The translations under genes and the position numbers were made by a program. A stretch of 64,000 nucleotides of DNA, taken from a virus. The notes beneath the pieces are model-generated. The model worked only from the letters and a program-made list of their open reading frames with translations, made no database searches and had not been told where the DNA came from. Shown here one piece after another: positions 1 to 8,865 of this stretch; positions within the stretch are counted from its first letter, which is position 1; each line of letters begins with the position of its first letter. Where the stretch lies: positions 13,440-77,439 of the IMG/VR virus record IMGVR_UViG_3300010403_000024. One strand, written 5' to 3'.

Positions 1-155
1 TTCTCAAGGGCACCAATTCAATCTCCGCCCCAAACGCTTCGCTTGCCTTTATGGGTGCTCAGTTATGGACGGATGGCACTAACCTTTGCATCGTTTTTCA
101 AAACGCAGCAGGCACCAGAACCACGAACAAAGTGAGCCTAACTGCATGGCCCTAA
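1..155 (+). CDS. 3' end of a Thr/Asn-rich protein (probable fibre/decoration protein), truncated by window
   Basis: Frame 3 open from window start: LKGTNSISAPNASLAFMGAQLWTDGTNLCIVFQNAAGTRTTNKVSLTAWP-stop; overlaps next start. Confidence 0.55.
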   Translation, partial: LKGTNSISAPNASLAFMGAQLWTDGTNLCIVFQNAAGTRTTNKVSLTAWP

Positions 156-616
156 AACTCATCATCGCCTCACTCCTGATTGCGCTTAACCTGAACGCGC
201 AGATCGTTCCAGTGCTGGCCACGAATGGCCCTGCATTGCTGACGACGGCAGTGGCTACAGACTTTCCTTCACAAACCACCACGTCATCCACCAACTGGTC
301 TTCCGGCAAGTTCTACACCAACGATCTCTCCCACGAAATCGAAGTGGCCTGTTCGATAACGAATGTCATGGCCGCTGTCGTCGGTTTCAGTGGCATGGAA
401 TTGTGGGTAGGCTACACCACTAACAGCGCCACCTTGCTCGGTGTGGGCGCGACCACCACCAAAACACTCCTGACTGGACTGGCCACCACTCAGGAAATGC
501 ACTTGCGCGGGCGTGTGCCGGTAGGCGGCTATTTCACTTTCACAAACATCTCGTCTGGAGCAGGTAACTCAGTGACGATGCGGACCGGCTCCGGACAATA
601 CACGATTCTGCCATGA
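146..616 (+). CDS. Exported Thr/Ser/Asn-rich beta protein
   Basis: ATG 146 in frame with listed ORF 86..616; signal-peptide-like MALKLIIASLLIALNLNA; 6 TN dipeptides. Confidence 0.65.
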   Translation: MALKLIIASLLIALNLNAQIVPVLATNGPALLTTAVATDFPSQTTTSSTNWSSGKFYTNDLSHEIEVACSITNVMAAVVGFSGMELWVGYTTNSATLLGVGATTTKTLLTGLATTQEMHLRGRVPVGGYFTFTNISSGAGNSVTMRTGSGQYTILP

Positions 617-1278
617 AGTTCTTAATCATTTTCCTAACCGTGCTCTCGTGCTTCGGGGCACAGCAACCGCCTGCGACGTGGCAACTCTACAAGTGGGCGC
701 TGAACGGTAATGGCGACTACACACCAGTAAGCGCACCGGGCAGCGGTGGTGACGTGGCAACCTTTGCCTTCGGAGCATCGACGAAGCCTTACGCCGCGTT
801 CCTTACCACCATCGTTGATACCAACCTGCTTGGCGATCTCACGGGCAAGCAACTCACTGCAACCGTCAGTGTCTCTGGCAGCGCCACATTCGTTTACGGC
901 GGACAATTCTCATGGAACTCCAACAGCACCGTTCCTGCCAACACGCGCCTTTATTTCTCGACCAGCGCCGCTACCTACGACATCGACATTGCCAACACCA
1001 ACTCAACCGCTTTTTGGTGGAGCCATTACGGAGTGTGCGTCATCACCAACGGCGCAGGCGGAATAATTGCGGACACGTTTACCCCATCGCATTGGTCCGA
1101 CGCAAACGGGCATCCCGGCGACGATCCTGGCTACATCGACGCTTTCAATGCGGCAGTGGCCAATGTTCAACAGATCGGCGTGAGTTTTGGTGGCGGAAGT
1201 TTTTTCGATTGCGGAGTAGCCCTATGGCCGCACACTGGATCGGCATCGTTCCACTTGGTTTCATTTACGGCGAACTAA
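613..1278 (+). CDS. Exported beta-sandwich (carbohydrate-binding-like) protein
   Basis: Signal peptide MKFLIIFLTVLSCFGA; aromatic/Thr/Gly-rich; ATGA coupling to upstream gene. Confidence 0.65.
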   Translation: MKFLIIFLTVLSCFGAQQPPATWQLYKWALNGNGDYTPVSAPGSGGDVATFAFGASTKPYAAFLTTIVDTNLLGDLTGKQLTATVSVSGSATFVYGGQFSWNSNSTVPANTRLYFSTSAATYDIDIANTNSTAFWWSHYGVCVITNGAGGIIADTFTPSHWSDANGHPGDDPGYIDAFNAAVANVQQIGVSFGGGSFFDCGVALWPHTGSASFHLVSFTAN

Positions 1279-1282
1279 CATT

Positions 1283-1396
1283 ATGACCTTCTCATTCATA
1301 TCTAGCTGGTTTGAATTTGGTATAGCCGTGATGATGTTAGTGCTGTTTTTGATGGTCAAGACTTGGTTTAAATGGTGGAAAGCTGATCGCAAATGA
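1283..1396 (+). CDS. Small single-TM membrane protein (37 aa)
   Basis: MTFSFISSWFEFGIAVMMLVLFLMVKTWFKWWKADRK; coupled to next gene. Confidence 0.5.
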   Translation: MTFSFISSWFEFGIAVMMLVLFLMVKTWFKWWKADRK

Positions 1397-1704
1397 GCAC
1401 TAAACCACAACCAAACTGGGCAACCATCGGCACGGCCTTGGCGATGGTCACCATCGGCGCGGTGCAGTACTGGAACGGCCACAAACAAGACGTAGCCAAC
1501 GCTCTCGCTCGCGACACGCACACGCTCGTCAATTCACAAATGGGCGCTCAGAAGAAGCTGCTCGCGGACGTTACCGCCGCCAAAGCCGCCATCACGAAGA
1601 CACCCGAAGACAAACAAGCCGCAGCCGATGCTTGGAAAGATTGGCAAGACCACGTAGCAAAACAGAACCGCGTGGACGACGAACACCGCAACAAAAAGGA
1701 ATAA
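1393..1704 (+). CDS. N-terminal TM + helical protein (lysis-cassette candidate)
   Basis: TM WATIGTALAMVTIGAV followed by an amphipathic helical region. Confidence 0.55.
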   Translation: MSTKPQPNWATIGTALAMVTIGAVQYWNGHKQDVANALARDTHTLVNSQMGAQKKLLADVTAAKAAITKTPEDKQAAADAWKDWQDHVAKQNRVDDEHRNKKE

Positions 1705-1705
1705 C

Positions 1706-1855
1706 ATGAGCACTATACTTATCGGCCTCTGGTTAATTTTATTCGGCGCAATGTCATTAATTTCAACGAAGGTGCCGGATTGGATTGTGCCACTCGCAGC
1801 CATCGCAGTTGGCCTTATCGTTCTTGTCGGGGCGTGGAGAAGGCCAAACCCTTGA
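1706..1855 (+). CDS. Small two-TM membrane protein (holin-like, 49 aa)
   Basis: MSTILIGLWLILFGAMSLISTKVPDWIVPLAAIAVGLIVLVGAWRRPNP. Confidence 0.5.
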   Translation: MSTILIGLWLILFGAMSLISTKVPDWIVPLAAIAVGLIVLVGAWRRPNP

Positions 1856-1958
1856 TGCGTAATGGAAGAACCGCACAAGGACGTGCGCAAGCGCCCGAAA
1901 AAAGACTGCGACATGATTCGTGAATGCTGGGAATGGGTGAAACTAAAGAAAGAACAGA

Positions 1959-2723
1959 ATGAACGCCGGAACCGACCTTCTCGACCAGTTAAAAACAACT
2001 CCGCACTGGATGCTGGTGCTCATCGGGTTGACCATCTTCGGGGTCTATTGGAAGCGCAGCCAGTGGCCGAACCGTTATCTGAAATTCGTCAACCTCATCC
2101 TGCCGACCATCGCCTACCCGATTCTTCATTACGGGCCTGACGCCGAGCACTCCTACTGGAATCCCATCGCGACACTCGCCTTGCACGGCTTCGCGATCGG
2201 GATCGCCAGCGAGTTTGTGCATGAAGGGATCATCACGAAGATCAAGAACGTGTTTCCGGGGTTCAAATTCCCGGACGAACCGCCACAACCACCTGGAGCA
2301 CCCCCAAGCATGAAAACCCTCCCGATCTTTCTGCTCGCCGCTTTGCTTTCCGGCTGCTCGTACGTGCGCCCGATCGGCAGCATCGGCGACGTGACTTTCT
2401 ACAAGGTGCAATCGACCAGCATCCTCGGCCCGACCGTGAACGTGCTCGTCACCCGCACCGGGTGCTGCGCGACGAACGTGCAGGTCTATGGCGCTTATGC
2501 CGGCAACGGGATGCTGCCGGCGGTGGCGGGGGCGGGCGGGATCGTGGGCGGTCTTTACCTGCTGGGGGAAGCGGCGCGGCACAACGGGAGCCAGAGCAGC
2601 CAGCAGAGCGTCCAGAACGTGCAGAATACGGTGACGACCGCGATTGAGCCGCCGACGGCACCCCCGGCGCCGCCGATTGGCCCTAGCCGCCCGCCGGATA
2701 ACCGGCCGCCGGTGCATCGTTAA
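1959..2723 (+). CDS. Holin-like membrane protein fused in frame to a lipoprotein (u-spanin-like); internal start at 2310
   Basis: Three hydrophobic segments, Pro linker, then MKTLPIFLLAALLSGC lipobox, beta-rich region, hydrophobic LPAVAGAGGIVGGLYLLG. Confidence 0.55.
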   Translation: MNAGTDLLDQLKTTPHWMLVLIGLTIFGVYWKRSQWPNRYLKFVNLILPTIAYPILHYGPDAEHSYWNPIATLALHGFAIGIASEFVHEGIITKIKNVFPGFKFPDEPPQPPGAPPSMKTLPIFLLAALLSGCSYVRPIGSIGDVTFYKVQSTSILGPTVNVLVTRTGCCATNVQVYGAYAGNGMLPAVAGAGGIVGGLYLLGEAARHNGSQSSQQSVQNVQNTVTTAIEPPTAPPAPPIGPSRPPDNRPPVHR

Positions 2724-2786
2724 AAAGCGACTCCGCAATTTTGCTGTTGCGCACCGGCTGGTTGCGCTTAACATGCGCCCGACGAT

Positions 2787-3434
2787 ATGAAATACCTTCT
2801 ACTCCTTCTTGCCATCGCAACATCACTCGCAGCGCAGGAGCCGCCCATGCCCCCGATGCCGATGCCAGTAACACTCAATCGTTCGGTTGCTGGAAATGAC
2901 TCGGTTCGAGCGGCTAAGCCCGCGCCTCGAAGCTGGACAAAACCTACACTGTTCACAGTCAACTGTCCCGAGTGCAGCAAAACACTAAAAGGTGTTCCAG
3001 CTTTGGCTATCAAAGTTGACAATCGGCATTGGATGACCAATGGAATTCGCATCGAGCGTACAGTGCGATTGGCTTGTCCTGATTGTCGTGAAGAGTTCGA
3101 TGCTGCAAACGTGAAGTTTTTGCCAAAACCAATCGCTATTGAAGAGGGAGATCAACCGCAAGCGAGCGTGAAGAGTTTGGACGTAGTAAATCCCATGCTG
3201 CGCCTGTCGATAAAGCTAACGAACTGTATCCCACCCGGTGCTGCCGAAGGTCCTGCGGTCGAGCTGAGTTTTCAAACGGAGTTTGGGAAGCTCTACGAGT
3301 GCCAGGCCAGCGACGACAATTTTCAGTCGTGGCTTGGTTCGGTGCCCTTGGCCGGGACCGGCACCGTCTTGTCTCGGTTTGAATCACCGAGTCACACGCA
3401 CCGCATGTATCGGGTGAAGGAGACGACTTTATGA
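2787..3434 (+). CDS. Exported Zn-ribbon protein with verrucomicrobial-type C-terminal domain
   Basis: Signal MKYLLLLLAIATSLAA; CPEC...CPDC; C-terminus F.TEFGK.YE.QASDD.F.SW...GTG...RMYRV. Confidence 0.6.
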   Translation: MKYLLLLLAIATSLAAQEPPMPPMPMPVTLNRSVAGNDSVRAAKPAPRSWTKPTLFTVNCPECSKTLKGVPALAIKVDNRHWMTNGIRIERTVRLACPDCREEFDAANVKFLPKPIAIEEGDQPQASVKSLDVVNPMLRLSIKLTNCIPPGAAEGPAVELSFQTEFGKLYECQASDDNFQSWLGSVPLAGTGTVLSRFESPSHTHRMYRVKETTL

Positions 3435-3613
3435 AAACCTTTTTCTTTGCACTCTGCCTCTGCTGCACATCTTGCAGCACAACGAACATCACGAAGCTGG
3501 CCGAGCAGCTAAAGAACGACCCCGCGACAGTGGATCTCAACGTGACGACTATCTGGGGATCATTTTATTTCCACCGCTCATTTCCGACAAATTGGGTTGC
3601 GCCTGGGAAGTAG
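3431..3613 (+). CDS. Small lipoprotein
   Basis: MKTFFFALCLCCTSC lipobox-like N-terminus; ATGA coupling. Confidence 0.55.
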   Translation: MKTFFFALCLCCTSCSTTNITKLAEQLKNDPATVDLNVTTIWGSFYFHRSFPTNWVAPGK

Positions 3614-3734
3614 TTTCTCCGGTAGCGACGTGGCCGGGGAGACGCGGCAATCTGCTCCCAGCGGTCTGGAAATCGCCTTAGCGGCACGCACCCACTGCAA
3701 AAGGGTCAAAGACCTCTGCCGCGCCGGTCGAAGC

Positions 3735-3779
3735 CAGAGGTCAGAGATCAGAAGTCAGAGGTCAGATATTCAGGTCAGA
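3735..3779. repeat. 7-nt tandem repeat (CAGARRT)n
   Basis: cagaggt cagagat cagaagt cagaggt cagatat; same unit at 13143-13170. Confidence 0.8.
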
Positions 3780-4098
3780 CCTTTAAGAGCCGGCGGTACA
3801 TCTTGCGCTGTTCGCGGTTGGAGTTCTTCACATGCGACCAGACACCCTTTTTTAAGAACTGCACATGGCGGCGCAGGTGGAAGAAATCGACCCCGCAACC
3901 GCGGGCAAAGGCGTCGATGGTCTCGATCTTCACGCCAGCCCAGGTGCGGCGCACGGAGAGGCTGCTGACGGTCGCGAGCGACAACCCGGAGCGGGCGGCG
4001 ATCTGGCGGGCGGAGAGGCCGCGGCGCCCATGCGACTGGCGCGCGACCAGCCGGCAGAGGTGCGGCGGGAACCGATCCAAGAACTGGAGCAAAGTCAT
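3775..4098 (-). CDS. XRE-like helix-turn-helix protein
   Basis: GLSARQIAARSGLSLATVSSL HTH; coupled to 3' end of terL. Confidence 0.7.
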   Translation of the reverse strand: MTLLQFLDRFPPHLCRLVARQSHGRRGLSARQIAARSGLSLATVSSLSVRRTWAGVKIETIDAFARGCGVDFFHLRRHVQFLKKGVWSHVKNSNREQRKMYRRLLKV

Positions 4099-5681
4099 AC
4101 CGAAATGATCCCGGATTCTTCCACGTCGGGCTGCGGGCGGGCGGTGGGCTTGAACGCCTCTTCGAGCATCTCGGCCTGCATCTCCTTAAAGATCGGGTAG
4201 GAAAGGGCGTCGAAGACGTGGAGGTCCTCGCTTTTGACGATGTAGTGGTTGTTCGATTGGGAGAGGTTCTCCAGCATCTTGCGGACCTTGACGCATTTGG
4301 CGGAGATGAACAGCCGCTCCTCCTGCAGCAGGATCGAGATCATGCGGACGCGGGTGCGGCGGCTGTGCGCGGGTTTATGGACCCCTTCGAGCGAGATCGT
4401 GCCCCCGGAGGCTTTGGAGATTTCGAGGTAGTCGTAGGGGTTGTCGCTGTTCGGGCGGAAGACGTTGAGGGCCGAGTCGTCGGCGTAATGGTCCCACTCG
4501 AACTTCTTGCCCGCATGCTTCTCGATGGTCAGGATCGATTGCATGACCCATTCGGTGAAGACATCGAGTTTGACGCATTCGTCGTGGGACATGCCGGTGC
4601 CGATGTGAACGATCTCGTCCAGAACCGTCCAGCAGCTAATCTCCTTGCCCGCGACCAGCCGCAGCCATTTATCGAGCAGGATGACGGCGTGGTTGACGCC
4701 CCCGATGTCCCATCCGGATTTGAGCTTGGTGGTGGTCGGGGCAACCTGGGCCTGATCCTCTTCGCCGTCGTTTCCACCGACCAGGTGTTTCGAAGGGCTG
4801 AACAAGTGGCGGAAATGGAACTTGGTCTCGAAGCCGCCGACGCCCCAGATGCCGTCGTAATAGGCTTCTTTGAGGGCCCGGTCGCCGCGGCAGGTGGCGA
4901 AGAGCCGCACCTGCTGCTGGCGGGTCATGTGTGGGTTATCGCGCCAATGCATGTGGATGACGCGCATCTGCTTGTAGAGCTCGGACATCATGGCGCGCTC
5001 GTCGTCGGTCTCCTCCGGGATCGGGGGTTTGTTGCGCTCGACGTAAAAGACCTGATAGATCCAACTGTTGCGCCCCATCACCTCGTCGGGGTTGGTATCG
5101 GCGATCCATTCGATGAAATTTTCGGCGTATTTCTCCATGCCAGGCATGCGCAGGCTGTTGATCGTGATCGGGAGCAGCTTGCGCTCTTTCCACATCGAAA
5201 GCTCGACGAAGTACATGCCGGAGAAGTTTTTATTTTTGACCTTCTCCTCGATCTCGTTCTCGTTATTGATCGAGAAGAGCCAGACCCGGGAGCGGCCCCC
5301 GTACCAGTTGCGGACATCGCAGTAGGCGGTGCGGGTGTTGGCATCGACCTTGGGGCCGGGGTTGCCCTCGGCCGTCTTGCTGACGATGGCGAAGCGGCTC
5401 TTGCCGTCGCGCCCGACCAGGTTGGCGTCGATCCATTGGGGCAGGATATGCTCGATCAGCATCTGCCAGGAGCCGCCGTCTTTGGCGAGCTTGACCGATT
5501 TGGCGAAGATGCCGTATTGGGCGGCGGGAGTCATCCAGAGGTGCTTGGCGATGCGGTGGAGGATGGAATAGGTCTTCCCGCTCCAGCGGCTGCCGTCCAC
5601 AAGAATGATCTGCTCACGACAGTTAAACACGTCCCATTGCTTAGAGAAAAGTGAGGGTAGCCATTGGGGATGGTCGGACAT
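4095..5681 (-). CDS. terL: Terminase large subunit
   Basis: Walker A GSRWSGKT, Walker B GMYFVE, motif III DTNP, RNase H-like GWDIG...DD...HVFDALSY. Confidence 0.9.
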   Translation of the reverse strand: MSDHPQWLPSLFSKQWDVFNCREQIILVDGSRWSGKTYSILHRIAKHLWMTPAAQYGIFAKSVKLAKDGGSWQMLIEHILPQWIDANLVGRDGKSRFAIVSKTAEGNPGPKVDANTRTAYCDVRNWYGGRSRVWLFSINNENEIEEKVKNKNFSGMYFVELSMWKERKLLPITINSLRMPGMEKYAENFIEWIADTNPDEVMGRNSWIYQVFYVERNKPPIPEETDDERAMMSELYKQMRVIHMHWRDNPHMTRQQQVRLFATCRGDRALKEAYYDGIWGVGGFETKFHFRHLFSPSKHLVGGNDGEEDQAQVAPTTTKLKSGWDIGGVNHAVILLDKWLRLVAGKEISCWTVLDEIVHIGTGMSHDECVKLDVFTEWVMQSILTIEKHAGKKFEWDHYADDSALNVFRPNSDNPYDYLEISKASGGTISLEGVHKPAHSRRTRVRMISILLQEERLFISAKCVKVRKMLENLSQSNNHYIVKSEDLHVFDALSYPIFKEMQAEMLEEAFKPTARPQPDVEESGIISV

Positions 5682-5692
5682 GGCAGGACGGG

Positions 5693-5923
5693 TCAGACCG
5701 ACCAGTTAAGCAGCCGCACGCTCTCATGAAAGCCGCAGCCCTCGCGCGGGCAGACGACGGAGGGGCTGACCACGCCGTCGGGCAGGATGATGTGAGCGTG
5801 CTCGGAGCCGGCGACCAAACTGCTGATGTGGCCGTTAGGGCAGCGCATCAGCACGCATGCGCCGTCGCGGGACCAGCCGAGTTTGCCGGATTTGGAAAGG
5901 TCGGCTTTGGGGACATCGGTCAT
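5693..5923 (-). CDS. Small Zn-ribbon protein
   Basis: CPNGH...H...VSPSVVC...CGFH; sits immediately upstream of terL. Confidence 0.65.
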   Translation of the reverse strand: MTDVPKADLSKSGKLGWSRDGACVLMRCPNGHISSLVAGSEHAHIILPDGVVSPSVVCPREGCGFHESVRLLNWSV

Positions 5924-6003
5924 AATTTCGCTTGCAATAGATAAGCACAGGGGGCAAGTGTGGCAACACTATGACTAAGCCAACTTAGCCGAAAGACACG
6001 CTT

Positions 6004-6369
6004 ATGAAGATCGATCTCAAGCAGAAACCGATGGAGCCATCCGAGAGTCCGATGGAGAAAGACGGGTATTACCCAAGCTTTTCGTTCGAGACTTCTGAGG
6101 ACCATGAGTTGCCAGAGAGCGGTACGATGACCATCGAATACAAGAAGACGAGCAGCACAGAGGAGGAGAGTGACGGCAAGACACGTTACCGCTGCACGAT
6201 CCAGCCGCGGGCGATCCTTGGGGCTAAGGCCGGCAAGGGGGATTCGACAGAAGAGAACGAAGATAACGAAGAGGGAGAAGAAACCGAGGAAACGGAGACG
6301 GAGACCAAGCCAAAGAAGAAGCGCGAGCCGGGGGTCGAGGCGGTGTTGGGGAAGGCACAGGAATACTGA
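6004..6369 (+). CDS. Acidic hypothetical protein preceding portal
   Basis: Glu/Thr-rich 121 aa ORF ending 9 nt before portal start. Confidence 0.65.
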   Translation: MKIDLKQKPMEPSESPMEKDGYYPSFSFETSEDHELPESGTMTIEYKKTSSTEEESDGKTRYRCTIQPRAILGAKAGKGDSTEENEDNEEGEETEETETETKPKKKREPGVEAVLGKAQEY

Positions 6370-6378
6370 CATCCTGGC

Positions 6379-8865
6379 ATGATCGACTTGGAGATCTTAA
6401 AACGGCGGGGATGCTCGCCTGAAGCGTGGCAGCGGATATTCACCAAACCTGAGAACAGCCTGCCGGTCTATAACCCTTGGAAGCAGCAGGACAATGTGCT
6501 GGCGCCGGATTACGACAAGATCACGGGCGAGTACACCAAACTCGAAGCCGTGGGCGAGGGGATCGGGACTTTCCGCAACCGCATCCGCATGCGGATCATG
6601 GAGGGGCGCGAGTGGAACTTTCAGAACTACAAGATCTACAAAGGGCTGGACGACGCGCTGGACGTGCCGTTGACGCGGGCCGTGACGCCCACATTACTCT
6701 CGCGGCTGTGCAACAAGGAAGGCGACGCCGAGAGCCTGAAGAAGGAACTGAGCGCCTGGGGCTTCAACCTGGATGACGTGATATTGGAAGCGCCCGACGC
6801 CAAGGTGCCGGGGCGCAACATCCGGAAGATCTCGGCGCCGAGCTTCTTCCAAATCTTCGTGCCGCTGGTCAAAGCCTACCTGACGATCCGGCGGGCCAAG
6901 ATCATGAACGACCTGTCGCGGGGTCCGCTGTTCCCCTACAACCCGGCCTGGGAAAGCGCCCGGAGCCGATTGCAATGCGATGTCTTAACCTCCAGGGTGG
7001 AGGTGATGAGCGAGCAGATGGGCTACTGGAGCACCATCGACGAGGCGGTATTCAAGCTGCTCCATTACGGGCGGGCTTTTCAGTTTCCAGTCGAGGAATG
7101 GTATTCGGAGGAGCAGGAAGTCGAGAAGGAGGACCGGGCCAGCCGGGAGAACGGCAAGGCGCGGAAAGACAACGGACGCTTCGTGCGCGTGGTGAAAGAA
7201 GGGCTGCGCTACCATTTTCCGCATCCAACGCGCGTCTTCTGGGACCAGGCGTATGCGGCCAACACCTTCAACACCGGGACCGGCTGCCAATATGCCGGCT
7301 ACTGGCGGGTGTTCCGATACCGCGACATTTTGGGCAATGCCGGCTTCTACAACCGGGACCGGATCTTCATCGGCAACTACGGCTGGTATTCGATGAACAG
7401 CGTGTATTTCCAGAGCGTGTATCCGTGCGTGATGCAGTATCCCTGGCCGCCGGCGACGCCGACCAACGACCGGGAAACGCGGCTGGTCGAGTTTGTCTAT
7501 ACCAAAGACATGGGGGACAAGCCGATTGTGCTGACCGAATATTTCGAGAAGGTGATCCCCAAGCAATGCGGGTTGGGCGACTACGATTATCCAGTCTGGG
7601 GCCGGTTCGTGGTGGCCGGCGACGACACCGTGGTCTATGCCGCACCCTTGCCCTACGACCCGGTGATCTACTGGCACTACGACGAGGACCCGTCGCGGCT
7701 GCACAACAGCAGCATGAGTTTGGAAATCCTGCCATGGCAGGATCATCTGGGCAATTTACTCACCCAATACCTGCTCACGATCAAGGCCAATTTGGCCAAC
7801 GTGACGTTTGTGGATGAGGACCTGGTGGAGAAACGCTTCATCGACCAGATCAAAAATTTAGGCGAGAAGCTGTTCCGGATGCGCAACTTCATTCCCTTCA
7901 GCGGCAAGAAGTTCCGAGCCGCCCAGTACGCAATCCCGAACGCCTTTTTCTCGCACAGCTTCCCGATGCTGGATTCCAACAGCCTGATCGGAGCGATGCG
8001 GATGATCCTGGATCTGACCGAGCGCGTATTGCAGATGTCGAGCCAGGAAGTGGGGGCGGCGGCCAGCCACGAACAGACCAAGGCGGAGGTGGTGGCGATC
8101 GGCAGCCAGACCAGCACGCGCTTGGATTACACCAAAGCGCCGGTCTATAACGGGCTGCACACCATGGGGCGGCAGATCTATCACGCGCTGATGGCGTTTT
8201 CGGACGAGGAATTCTGGGCGCAGATCCCGGCCGAGCAGACGCTGACGCCGGAGCGCCTGACCGAACTTGGATTTACGTTCGACGAGAAGGAGCATCCTCG
8301 AAGGCCGCACGACAGCAAGATGGTGGTGCGGGCCAAGAAGACGGCGATTATGATCGAGCGCTTCGCCCAGATGCGCCAGGGCGAGCCGGACAAGGACACG
8401 ACGCAGATCGCGATGATCATTTTGCAGAGCTTGGATCGGCTGCTGGCCAACCCGATGCTCGGCATGGCGATTGGGGCCGAGCAGGCGCTCACGCTTGTAA
8501 ATCTGGCTGGACGACTGGCGGGTTTCCCGCGCGACTTCAAGCTGAAGAACATGACCCCGCAGCTAAGCCCCGAACAGCAAGCCGAAGCGACACGCCAGCA
8601 GCTATCGGGCTTCGTGCAGGAGATCGAGGACAAGATTCTGGGCGAGGTTAAACAGGGCCTGCAACCGATTTTGGAGCACGACCGCCAGCAGGACGAAGCC
8701 ATTGCGCACATCACTTCGATCATCGAGGCCGCCGAAGCACATCGACCGCCAGAGGGCATGCCGCCCGTGGTTGGAATGGTGCCACCGGGGGCAGTGCCGG
8801 GGATGGAAGCGGCAATGGCGCCAGGCATGGCACCGCCGGGCGTGGGCAACGGGATGCCGGTTTAA
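6379..8865 (+). CDS. Portal protein (large, P22/T7-type size)
   Basis: 828 aa; position between terminase and scaffold/capsid; helical C-half with Pro/Gly/Met-rich tail typical of podovirus portals. Confidence 0.75.
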   Translation: MIDLEILKRRGCSPEAWQRIFTKPENSLPVYNPWKQQDNVLAPDYDKITGEYTKLEAVGEGIGTFRNRIRMRIMEGREWNFQNYKIYKGLDDALDVPLTRAVTPTLLSRLCNKEGDAESLKKELSAWGFNLDDVILEAPDAKVPGRNIRKISAPSFFQIFVPLVKAYLTIRRAKIMNDLSRGPLFPYNPAWESARSRLQCDVLTSRVEVMSEQMGYWSTIDEAVFKLLHYGRAFQFPVEEWYSEEQEVEKEDRASRENGKARKDNGRFVRVVKEGLRYHFPHPTRVFWDQAYAANTFNTGTGCQYAGYWRVFRYRDILGNAGFYNRDRIFIGNYGWYSMNSVYFQSVYPCVMQYPWPPATPTNDRETRLVEFVYTKDMGDKPIVLTEYFEKVIPKQCGLGDYDYPVWGRFVVAGDDTVVYAAPLPYDPVIYWHYDEDPSRLHNSSMSLEILPWQDHLGNLLTQYLLTIKANLANVTFVDEDLVEKRFIDQIKNLGEKLFRMRNFIPFSGKKFRAAQYAIPNAFFSHSFPMLDSNSLIGAMRMILDLTERVLQMSSQEVGAAASHEQTKAEVVAIGSQTSTRLDYTKAPVYNGLHTMGRQIYHALMAFSDEEFWAQIPAEQTLTPERLTELGFTFDEKEHPRRPHDSKMVVRAKKTAIMIERFAQMRQGEPDKDTTQIAMIILQSLDRLLANPMLGMAIGAEQALTLVNLAGRLAGFPRDFKLKNMTPQLSPEQQAEATRQQLSGFVQEIEDKILGEVKQGLQPILEHDRQQDEAIAHITSIIEAAEAHRPPEGMPPVVGMVPPGAVPGMEAAMAPGMAPPGVGNGMPV

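Noticed and set aside
4218-5654. 478 aa ORF on + strand opposite terL (likewise 25657..27192, 28963..30123, 49808..51355, 51974..53689 on minus)
   Set aside because: Antisense shadow frames of high-GC3 genes; no motifs, and the opposite strand has clear protein signatures
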